Positions 38,901 through 50,900 of a stretch of 64,000 nt of DNA are shown here, one piece after another; within the stretch, counting starts at the first letter, position 1; every line of letters begins with the position of its first letter. The position numbers and the translations under genes are program-made. The notes beneath the pieces were generated by a model that was given only the letters and a program-made list of their open reading frames with translations, was not told where the DNA came from and did no database searches. The stretch spans positions 13,516,001-13,580,000 of the forward strand of contig CP075494.1 in NCBI GenBank assembly GCA_021613535.1, in the 5' to 3' direction. This DNA comes from Adineta vaga (Eukaryota; Animalia; Rotifera).

Positions 38901-41900
38901 AGAAGGCAGCGGATGCTAAAAAGGCTGAAGAAGCTAAACTGGCCTTACAAGCTGAACAAGAAAAGAAAGCAGAAGAAGCCAAACAAGCTGCCGAAGCCAA
39001 GAAAGCTGAGCAAGAGAAGAAAGCGCAAGAAGCCAAAGAAGCGGCCGAAGCGAAGAAAGCTGAACTTGAGAGGAAAGCACAGGAAGCCAAAGAAGCGGCT
39101 GAAGAAAAGAAGGCAGCGGATGCTAAAAAGGCTGAAGAAGCTAAACTGGCCTTACAAGCTGAAAAAGACAAGAAAGCCGAAGAAGCCAAACAAGCTGCCG
39201 AAGCGAAGAAAGCTGAACTTGAGAAGAAAGCGCAAGAAGCCAAAGAAGCGGCTGAAGCCAAGAAAGCTGAACAAGAAAAGAAAGCGCAAGAAGCCAAACA
39301 AGCCGCTGAAGAAAAGAAGGTAGCGGATGCTAAAAAGGCTGAAGAAGCTAAACTGGCCTTACAAGCTGAACAAGAAAAGAAAGCAGAAGAAGCCAAACAA
39401 GCGGCTGAAGCCAAGAAAGCTGAGCAAGAGAAGAAAGCGCAAGAAGCCAAAGAAGCGGCCGAAGCGAAGAAAGCTGAACAAGAAAAGAAAGCACAGGAAG
39501 CCAAAGAAGCGGCTGAAGCCAAGAAAGCTGAACAAGAAAAGAAAGCGCAAGAAGCCAAACAAGCCGCTGAAGAAAAGAAGGCTGCGGATGCTAAGAAAGC
39601 TGAAGAAGCTAAACTGGCCTTACAAGCTGAACAAGAAAAGAAAGCACAGGAAGCCAAAGAAGCGGCTGAAGCCAAGAAAGCTGAACAAGAAAAGAAAGCG
39701 CAAGAAGCCAAACAAGCCGCTGAAGAAAAGAAGGCAGCGGATGCTAAAAAGGCTGAAGAAGCTAAACTGGCCTTACAAGCTGAACAAGAAAAGAAAGCCG
39801 AAGAAGCCAAACAAGCTGCCGAAGCGAAGAAAGCTGAACTTGAGAAGAAAGCGCAAGAAGCCAAAGAAGCGGCTGAAGCCAAGAAAGCTGAGCAAGAGAA
39901 GAAAGCGCAAGAAGCCAAAGAAGCGGCCGAAGCGAAGAAAGCTGAACAAGAAAAGAAAGCACAGGAAGCCAAAGAAGCGGCTGAAGCCAAGAAAGCTGAA
40001 CAAGAAAAGAAAGCGCAAGAAGCCAAACAAGCCGCTGAAGAAAAGAAGGCTGCGGATGCTAAGAAAGCTGAAGAAGCTAAACTGGCCTTACAAGCTGAAC
40101 AAGAAAAGAAAGCACAGGAAGCCAAAGAAGCGGCTGAAGCCAAGAAAGCTGAACAAGAAAAGAAAGCGCAAGAAGCCAAACAAGCCGCTGAAGAAAAGAA
40201 GGCAGCGGATGCTAAAAAGGCTGAAGAAGCTAAACTGGCCTTACAAGCTGAACAAGAAAAGAAAGCCGAAGAAGCCAAACAAGCTGCCGAAGCGAAGAAA
40301 GCTGAACTTGAGAAGAAAGCGCAAGAAGCCAAAGAAGCGGCTGAAGCCAAGAAAGCTGAACAAGAGAAGAAAGCGCAAGAAGCCAAAGAAGCGGCTGAAG
40401 CGAAGAAAGCTGAACTTGAGAGGAAAGCACAGGAAGCCAAAGAAGCGGCTGAAGAAAAGAAGGCAGCGGATGCTAAAAAGGCTGAAGAAGCTAAACTGGC
40501 CTTACAAGCTGAACAAGAAAAGAAAGCCGAAGAAGCCAAACAAGCTGCCGAAGCGAAGAAAGCTGAACTTGAGAAGAAAGCGCAAGAAGCCAAAGAAGCG
40601 GCTGAAGCCAAGAAAGCTGAACAAGAGAAGAAAGCGCAAGAAGCCAAAGAAGCGGCTGAAGCGAAGAAAGCTGAACTTGAGAGGAAAGCACAGGAAGCCA
40701 AAGAAGCGGCTGAAGAAAAGAAGGCAGCGGATGCTAAAAAGGCTGAAGAAGCTAAACTGGCCTTACAAGCTGAAAAAGACAAGAAAGCCGAAGAAGCCAA
40801 ACAAGCTGCCGAAGCGAAGAAAGCTGAACTTGAGAAGAAAGCCCAAGAAGCCAAAGAAGCGGCTGAAGCCAAGAAAGCTGAACAAGAAAAGAAAGCACAA
40901 GAAGCCAAACAAGCCGCTGAAGAAAAGAAGGCAGCGGATGCTAAAAAGGCTGAAGAAGCTAAACTGGCCTTACAAGCTGAACAAGAAAAGAAAGCAGAAG
41001 AAGCCAAACAAGCGGCTGAAGCGAAGAAAGCTGAACAAGAAAAGAAAGCACAAGAAGCCAAAGAAGCGGCTGAAGCCAAGAAAGCTGAACTTGAGAAGAA
41101 AGCACAAGAAGCCAAACAAGCCGCTGAAGAGAAGAAGGCAGCGGATGCTAAAAAGGCTCAAGAAGCTAAACTGGCCTTACAAGCTGAACAAGAAAAGAAA
41201 GCAGAAGAAGCCAAAGAAGCGGCTGAAGCGAAGAAAGCTGAACTTGAGAGGAAAGCACAGGAAGCCAAAGAAGCGGCTGAAGCCAAGAAAGCTGAACAAG
41301 AAAAGAAAGCGCAAGAAGCTAAACAAGCCGCCGAAGAAAAGAAGGCAGCGGATGCTAAAAAGGCTGAAGAAGCTAAACTGGCCTTACAAGCTGAAAAAGA
41401 CAAGAAAGCAGAAGAAGCCAAACAAGCTGCCGAAGCGAAGAAAGCTGAACAAGAAAAGAAAGCACAAGAAGCCAAAGAAGCGGCTGAAGCCAAGAAAGCT
41501 GAACAAGAAAAGAAAGCAGAAGAAGCCAAACAAGCTGCCGAAGCGAAGAAAGCTGAACAAGAAAAGAAAGCACAAGAAGCCAAAGAAGCGGCTGAAGCCA
41601 AGAAAGCTGAACAAGAAAAGAAAGCACAAGAAGCCAAAGAAGCGGCTGAAGCCAAGCAAGCTGAACTTGAGAAGAAAGCACAAGAAGCTAAACAAGCCGC
41701 TGAAGCCAAGAAAGCTGAACTTGAAAAGAAAGCACAAGAAGCGAAACAAGCAGCTGAAGAAAAGAAGGCAGCGGATGCTAAAAAGGCTGAAGAAGCTAAA
41801 CTGGCTTTACAAGCTGAAAAAGACAAGAAGGCACAGGAAGCCAAAGAAGCGGCTGAAGCCAAGAAAGCTGAACAAGAAAAGAAAGCACAAGAAGCCAAAG

Positions 41901-44900
41901 AAGCGGTTGAAGCCAAGAAAGCTGAACTTGAGAAGAAAGCACAAGAAGCCAAACAAGCCGCTGAAGAAAAGAAGGCAGCGGATGCTAAAAAAGTTGAAGA
42001 AGCTAAACTGGCCTTACAAGCTGAAAAAGACAAGAAAGCACAGGAAGCCAAAGAAGCGGCTGAAGCCAAGAAAGCTGAACAAGAAAAGAAAGCACAAGTA
42101 GCGAAACAAGCGGCTGAAGAAAAGAAGGCTGCTGAAGTTAAAAAGGCCGAAGAAGCTAAACTTGCTGCCGAAGCAAAGAAGGTGGAAGAAGAGAATATGG
42201 CACTCGAAGCTAAGAAAGTCACCGTAGAAAAGAAAACACTCGAGTTGAAGAAGTTGGAAGTGAAGAATAAAGTTGATGAAACGGTGAAAGATGCTGGCGA
42301 ACAGATTTTGGGAGCGGTTCAAATGGCTGGTGATGAAACGAAAGGAAGTTTGAAAAAGACGCCCCAAATTGAAGCTGTCAAAGCAGCGGAAGCTCTTGAT
42401 GTCGCGGCTCCTGAATCTCCTAGTACGGTAGCTGAGCAAGACTTTTTGCGTCCCAATTTTACTTTACGTTTGAAACCAACGACGGCTGTGAATGAAGGTG
42501 ATAAGTTGAAGCTCGAAGTGCGTTTCATCGCTCAACCTGAACCAACAGTAACAGATTTTGTTTTAGAATTTTTTGTCTGAATATGCTCTGACTTTGTTTT
42601 TGCTAGATTACATGGTATTTTAAAACAGAAGTATTGAAGCCAGCAGCTAATGTACATTTTGATCAGCTGCGTGATGTGCATATGTTTTCATCAATATTAA
42701 CAATTGATAGAGTTACTGCCGACTTTGATGGAAAATTCAAAATTGTGCTTAAAAATGATTTAGGTGAAGCGGTCAGTAGTACACAAGTTAATGTCAAACG
42801 TTGTAAGTAAAATTGAAATGTTTGTAGAGCTAGAGAATATTTGTGTAACGGTTTTTAGCATCTATGGCTGTACAACTTCAAGCACCACCGAAGAAAACAA
42901 GTACTGTCGAAGCGACTGTACCGTCACCAAATGAGTAAGTGTTATTAACCATTTTAGTTCTTTTTTTCGACCGGATTTAAGGGAAAAAAATTTCATTCTT
43001 ATCGATCTAAGTACTAACATACGGTTGTTATATTTATTTTCTCTTCGTTATATCTGTAGTGTTTTAAAGCGATTTTTATGAGTTGTTTTTGTTTGATTAT
43101 CATTTATTGTTGAAATGATGTTGATTAAAACATAAAGAATATTATATGATGAAATGACAACAACGAAGAAAGTACGTATGAATAGACATATTGACCTTGC
43201 TACAGTATGACGTTCATACAACTTAAATGATTATTTTTCTTTGCTAATTTATCGTATATACAATGCGTATTGTCTATATATTGATTAACTGTTCCATCCG
43301 TTTTTCTCTTTTACTCTCTCTCTCTCTGTCTCTTTCTCTCTTTATTTTCTATTTTTGGCTGGCGGTTATATCGACAGTAATTGCGCGAGAATAACTTCTA
43401 GACAACGATTTATGTTAGTAAGAGTGCACGATGAATGGTCCTAACAAATGGACAAAAATAACAATGTCACCCTTGTGTCATAGAAAGGATGAGAAGAAAG
43501 AGCAAAAGCTACGTAATCCTATCAAGAATGTATAACAAGAGGCATCGTACAACTCTGATAACGACTCAATGAGAACAAAAAGAGAAAAGAAGAAGAATTA
43601 ATCGCATATGGAAAAATCTGTGTGTACATAAAAGGGGTAAAGAAAAGAAGATGATAGAAATAGACATAGAATGGTCGTTCTTTTCTTACGTCTAGCATGT
43701 AAACTTTGTTCATAAACTATCATCAAATTTTTTCCAGTTTTTTTTCTACTTGAACTAATGAAGTTTTCTACTTAGAATATGATTAATGATTTGTCTGATA
43801 TCCTTGAACAGTACCATTGAAGAAGTGTGTTGTAGTGACAATGATGAATCAATCTATCATATCAGCATGTCTCAATGTAATAATAACCTTTTTCTTTTAT
43901 CTATCAATAGAGTAACATTAACGACGGCGAGTGGTAACGAAACTGATACAATGACAAGCGAGCTTGCTAGTGCTTCTCCACGACGTCGTTCAAGCACATT
44001 AGTTATACCAGAAGGTAAACCTTCCTTTGCTCATCCACTCGAGAGTGAACTATTAATCAATGAAGATGAACAACTTATGTATGTATCATTTAAACTTATC
44101 TATTTCACTAATTCTTCTATATCTTCTAGTCTCGAATGTATTATTACTGGTAATCCAATACCAGACTTAATTTGGTTCTTCAATGATAGAAAAATACTTA
44201 CTAATAATGATTATCAAAGAAAGACTGAAACATTAAATCCACATACTGTCCGTCAGCAATTGATTATTGATGCTAAACAGAAAAAAATAGGTGTATACAA
44301 AGCACAGGCACAGAATACATATGGTCATACTGTTAGTACATGTCATGTGAAAAAATCTGCGCATACAATTGATCAGAAAAAGAAAGCTGCATTTGAAGAA
44401 ACGGAATTACAAGCACCTGAACAACCTATTCAACGACGTCGTTCGAGTGTGACAGCACCAACTAAACTTGAACCGACACAAAAGCCAGTTATTGTGCAAG
44501 GTTTATCTACATTACAAATTGATTTAAGTTCACCATGTGCATTAACATGTAAATCGAAATATGATACTGAACATCAATGGATCAAAGATGGTCAAATTCT
44601 TACAGATATAACATCAGCTGATGGAAATATTTTTGCGAATTCTGAACGTTCTACTGATGGTAATATTCATATATTTAATATAAAACAATTTAAACAAGAA
44701 AATAGTGGCAATTATGAATTAATCTTAAAAAATAAACTTGGACAAATCATTTCTCAAGGACGTTTAGAAATGAAAGGTATACCGCCAACATTTACGCTTG
44801 AACCAACATCAGCAGCCGTTGTTAAAGGCAAAATAGCAGAATTCAATTGTCGTGTAGATGGAAGTCCAAAACCTGAGGTACATATTTCAATTGAATTTAA

Positions 44901-47900
44901 CTTTAGAAGAATAAAAATTCTTTTTGTTTTTGACAATTATAGATTCAATGGTTTCTTAATGGAAAACTTTTACGTTCTGGTGGTAAAATAACTATTGTTG
45001 AAGAACATGGTCTCTTTATTCTTCGTATTAATAATACAACTGATGCTGATGCAGGTACAATTAAATGTGTCGTCAAAAATTCAATAACTCAAATTCAAAG
45101 CGAAGTTCAATTACAAATTACTGGTGAACATCATGCACCGAAGATTATTGATAAATCACCTTCAACAGAAATTAAAGCTGGTGATAAGATTGAATTTTTT
45201 GCTAAAGTTTCTGGTACTCCAACACCTTCAGGTTAATTTCATTCATATAGAAAATTTGATTTGATATAAGATAATAATTACTTTTCTTTTCTCTTGTCTA
45301 GTAACATGGTCACGAAAAGGCATGACGATATCAAACAATGAATTTTATCAATTACGAACCGAAAATGATACACATTATTTATTGATCAAAAATGCAGTTG
45401 CTGATGTTGCCGGTACTTATGTTATCAATGCAGAAAATGTAGCTGGAAATGTCACTGATGAAATTGATCTACATATAACTGGTAAAATAACATTGATGTT
45501 TTTTTCAATTATATATATATACATACTATTCTCGATGTTTTCTTCACTATAGGTCTAAGTACATTATTCGAACGACTCTTACGTGATACTGCTGTTACAC
45601 AAGGACGTCCTTTACTTCTTGATTGTGAAGTAAATATCAAAGATGGTGTTCCAACTGTTATATGGATGAAAGATAATCAACCAATTATTCCATCTGATCG
45701 TGTAGTTCCATCAATGAAAGGAACTAAAATTCATGTTTTAAATATTAAACAAGCATTACCATCCGATGCTGGTTATTATAGTGTTAAAGCTAAATTAGGT
45801 CCTATCTCAAGTATAACAGATGCGCAAGTTCTTGTTGCTGTTCCGCCAACAATTTCTCAAATACCTGAAACTATTAATGTTGTTGATGGACAAGATTGTG
45901 AAATTAATATTGAAGTCACTGGTTCACCATCACCGACAGTTAAATGGTCGTTCTTAGCTGAAGATTTAACATCTTCATCGAAATATCAAATCACATCTGA
46001 TGGTAATCATCATCAATTACGTATACAACATGCGACTGGAAAAGATGCTGGTGAATATCAAGTTGTTTGTACGAATACAGTAGGTCGTGCATCAGGAAAA
46101 ATCAATGTTTGTATATCATCTCCGCCAGCAATTATTGAACCATTAAAAGATCTATTTATTCCAATTAAACGAACGGCTCGATTAGAAACACTAATTGAAG
46201 CATTTCCTGAAGCGAAAGCAGTTTGGTCGAAAAATTCTATTCCTATTGATTTTAGTTTATATGGTGGACGATTAGTTGCTGAAGAAAAACGTGGTCTATG
46301 TTCATTAGTTATTAAAAATATTCAATTAGAAGATGGTGGATTTTATGTATGTACAGCACAAAACCTCCTGGGACAAGTAAAAACATCGGCAACATTAACA
46401 ATTGAAATGGCACCAGTATTTGTACAAAAATTAGAAAAATTAGAAGGTGTTGAAGATTGTGATATTGATATTCGAGTACAAATTGCTGGATATCCACGAC
46501 CAAAAGTTGAATTTTCATTTAATCAGAGACCACTTGACCTAAAAGGACGATATTCATTAAAAGAATTAAAAGATGGTTGGTATGTATTTACAATTGCTAA
46601 TGCGAAAACAACGGATGCTGGTTCATATACATGTACGGCAACAAATTCTCTTGGACAAGCATCAAGTGTTGGAAAATTAACATTATTTGAATTAGCTCCA
46701 CCAAGTTTTACAAAGAATTTAGCCGATGGTTTATTTCCTGTTGGTGGAATTTTGAAAGGACAATTGAAAGTCAGTGGTTTACCATTGCCACGTTTAACAT
46801 GGATTAAAGATGGACAAGCATTCGAAGAAAATGAACGTATATCAATTGTTTTCGATCCACGTACAACAACATGGACATTAACTATACCTGATTGTCAAGA
46901 AACGGATACAGGTGTTTATGAATGTCATGCCAAGAATCCTGGTGGTGAAAAAGTAACCCAATGTAAATTAACAGTATCAGGTGTTCTACCAACTTTTGTT
47001 GATTCACCAGAAAAAGTCAGTTGCTTGGAAGGACAATCTGCTATTTTCGGTTGTCGTGTTGCGGGAGATCCGTATCCAGTCGTTGTTTGGTCAAGAGGAA
47101 AAGGAAAAGTATTTACAGAGAATACATCAAAATATACACTCTATTATGATGATGAATTGGATGCACATATTTTTGAAATTAATCAATGTTCCAATGCTGA
47201 TACAGGTATTTATCAAGTGACATTACAAAATGTTCACGGAACTATAACAAAACCAGTTTCGTGTTTTATTGCTACGAAACCTGAAGAAGTTATTGATTAT
47301 AAGAGTATTTTACGTAAAATGGAAGGTTTAACACGTGAAGGTGAAGGTGGTCCTGATTGGGGTAAATTGAAGAAAGGTAAAGCGAAAGCGAAAGGACCTG
47401 GTGATCCTGGTTGGCAATATCATTTGAAACATTTTGAATTAACTGGTGAAGGACAAGCACTTGAATTTCAAGATCCACAATCTGTTCAATTACTTGGTTT
47501 AGCACCTGGTGAAATACCTGGTCGTCGTTCACGTTCAGGTAGTCGTGCTGGCCAAGGTAATGAAGGTGAAGATGATGGACGTGGAACAGATTCTTCGACA
47601 ACAGGATCAGGAAAAGATCGTAAAGGAGCACGTCTTGGTGTCGTCACATTTACTAAACCATTAACGAATATAACAGTCATTGAAGGTAAAACGGCAGCCT
47701 TTGAATGTAATGTATCTGAAGCTGAAGCATCTGTTACATGGTTTATTAATGATCAACCAGTACCAACACAACGTGCTCAAACATTAGCCATTGGTAAAAC
47801 ACGTCGTCTTGTCCTGAAAGATTGTTTATTAAATGAAAATGATGCAACAATAACATGTGTCTTAGATGAAATAACTAAAACGAATGCACAACTATTTGTT

Positions 47901-50900
47901 AAAGAAGAACCATTTGATTTTACTGATAAATTGAAAAATTTGAAAGTTAAACGTGGTGATAAATGTGAATTAGAATGTAAGGTTAATAAACCAAATATTA
48001 CATTAGAATGGTTTAAAGATGGTACACCAATTACAGAGATTAAAGAAACAGTCGATGGTTTAATTCATAAGTTAATTATACCAAATACAGAAGATAAAGA
48101 TAAAGGTGTTTATGTTGCAAAATATCAAGAAATACAAACTGAAGGACAAATTGAAGTATTAGGTCCACCACAAATTGTCAAAGCACCTACTGACTCAATT
48201 CTTCTCGTTGGTCAATCAGTTCTGCTCACTGCTGAAATTATTGGTAATCCTAAACCTCAAGTAACATGGCTATTCAAAGGTCAACCATTAAAATCTACGG
48301 CTAGTAAACATCAAATTGATGCGAAAAAAGATGGTATTTATACTTTAACAATTGTCAAAGGTGATATTGCTGATGAAGGTCAGTATACAGTTGTTGCTGA
48401 AAATGCTGTTGATAGAGTACAAGCTGATGTCAAAGTATCTGTCTGTACTAAACCTAAAATTGATAAGATTGCTGATGTTGCTGTTAATATTGATGAAACT
48501 GCTCGTATTCAATGTCAATATTCTGGGCAACCTATTCCAACAATTACTTGGTTTAAAGATGGAAAAACTATTTCAGATGATGATCAACGATTTGTGATTA
48601 CACAAGAAACACCAACATTATCTGTATTAACCATTGCTAATACAACGATGGATGACAAATGTGTCTATTCAGTTAAATTAACAAACGTTGCTGGTGAAAT
48701 TGAAGGAAAAGCAAATTTGAATGTTAAACGTAAGTTTTTGAGAAAATTTCATTTTAAATTCTTTTAAATTCTTTTTAGCAACGAAACCAACAATTCTTCG
48801 TGATCTCAATCCGACTTATATTGGTATTAAAGATGAAGAATTTATTTTATCTATCTCAGGTACAGGTAATCCATATCCAACATGTCAATGGTTTAAAAAT
48901 AATACTGAATTAATTTCAACACCCGATGAACATATACAATTTCGAGAAGATAAAACAACAAATGAATATTTTCTTGTAATTAAAAATGCTAATCAAGATG
49001 ATATGGGTGAATATCAATGTCAATTAACCAATGCTGCTGGTTTAGTTAAATCTAAAAAGAGTAAAGTTACTATTCAAAAACAACCTACATTTATTCGAAA
49101 ACCTGAATCAATTACAGTTAACCAGACTGAATCAAGTAAAATTGAATGTCAAATTGATGCATTACCACAAGCTAAACTTACTTGGTTAATTGCTGGTAAA
49201 CCGGTATCTGCTAAAGATGGTTATGAAACAAGTTTCGATGCTAAAACTGGTATTGCAACACTAAGTATTAAGAATACGACAACAAAACATACAGGTTCCG
49301 TAACAATAAAAGCTGAAAATACAGCTGGTACTGCTGAAGAAACAATCGATATCAATGTTCGTTCTACACCAATTCTTCTCAAACCATTAACTGATATTGA
49401 AGTTGTTGCAAATACAGATGCAACATTCATTTGCGAATTTCAATCATCACCACAAGCAACAATTCAATGGTTTTGCAATGGTAAACCATTGAATGTCGTA
49501 CCAAATAAATATGACATTTCATTTGATGCAAAAACAAATCAATATAAATTAATCATTAAAAATACAACATTAGATGATCATGGAAGTTATAGTGTACAAG
49601 CAACAAATGAACTTGGACAAATACAAACAGAAGCAAAATTGAATGTAACACATGCACCTGATTTTCTTACTGGTTTACAAGATCGATCTGTTGGTGCTAG
49701 GGAAACAATTGAATTTACTGTTAAAGTTGCTGGTATTCCACAAGTAACATTATCATGGTTAAAAGCTGGCAAAGAAATCAAAGCTGATGAGAAAAAATAT
49801 TCAATTGTACCTATCGATAATGATGGAAATGCTAAATTAATTATTAAAGATGTTAGTGAAGAAGATCAAGCGTTATATTCATGTGTAGCTAAAAATAAAG
49901 TAGGTACAAATCAAACAGATGGACAATTGAAAGTAACAGCTTCGTTACAATTTACTCAACCATTACAAGATACAGATGTCTTAAATACACAAAATGCAAC
50001 CTTAACATGTGAAGTGCAAGGTATTCCAAAACCAACTGTGAAATGGTATGTTAGAAGATATGATTGTTAATTTATAATAATTAATTCTTCTTTTCTTCAT
50101 TAGGTTTTTCAATGATGTGGAACTTAAATCTACTCAAAAACAAACAATAGCTGTCAAACAAAATGTTCATACATTAACTATCAATCGTACCGATGCAACT
50201 GATGCTGGTATAATATTGAATTCTAAAAACGGAATCATTTCTTCCTATTCGTACTCTATTTTTTCATAGGTATTTACAAAGCTGTTGCAGATAATGGCAC
50301 TGGAGTATCTATTGATACAATCTGTAATTTGACAGTTGGCAGTATGTAGTTTTCATTGACTAATATATTCATGTATTCTCTTGTTCTTTGTCTTTCGATA
50401 GGCAAACCAAAAGTTGAAGGTAAACCTGCTGATGTTACTGTAAATGTTGAACAACCCGCCATACTTGAATGTACATTCTCTGGTTTACCTAAACCAGAAG
50501 TAACATGGTTTAAAGATAATATTCCAATCATTGCTGATCAACGTATAACTATTCATGAAGATAAACCTAATGTTCATTCGTTACATATTTCTCAATCTCA
50601 ACTTGATGATAAAGCTACGTATATATGTAAAGCTAAGAATCGTTTTGGTGAAATTGATGCAAAAATGAATTTAATTGTCAACTCAATAAAACCAGTCATT
50701 ACTCGTGATTTATCAGATCAATTAACGATTGAAAAAGGTAATGTTCTAGAACTTCAAATTGATATCACTGGCACACCTCAACCACAAATCAAATGGTTCA
50801 AAGGTAATGATGAAATTAATTCAACGAATAATAAAGATTATCAAATTATCTTCGATGAAAAACAAACCTATTCATTAATTGTACAAAATTGTACACCAGA

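Noticed and set aside
36382-41115. 1577-aa antisense ORF (ASSAFFSCSA...) and related minus-strand ORFs at 35129-42439
   Set aside because: These are the mirror of the GCT/GAA/AAG repeat codons, which rarely give stops on the reverse strand. There is no independent coding signal.
36501-42101. 940- and 924-aa Lys/Arg-rich ORFs in the shifted + frame
   Set aside because: By-product of the repeat. The single interrupting TAG (39321-39323) arises from a gca>gta (Ala>Val) change in the true frame, and the ORFs end where the repeat ends.
33782-42580. Horizontally acquired bacterial TolA-like gene
   Set aside because: The similarity is compositional only. The exon ends in the first half of an Ig domain and splices in frame with the flanking titin-like exons.
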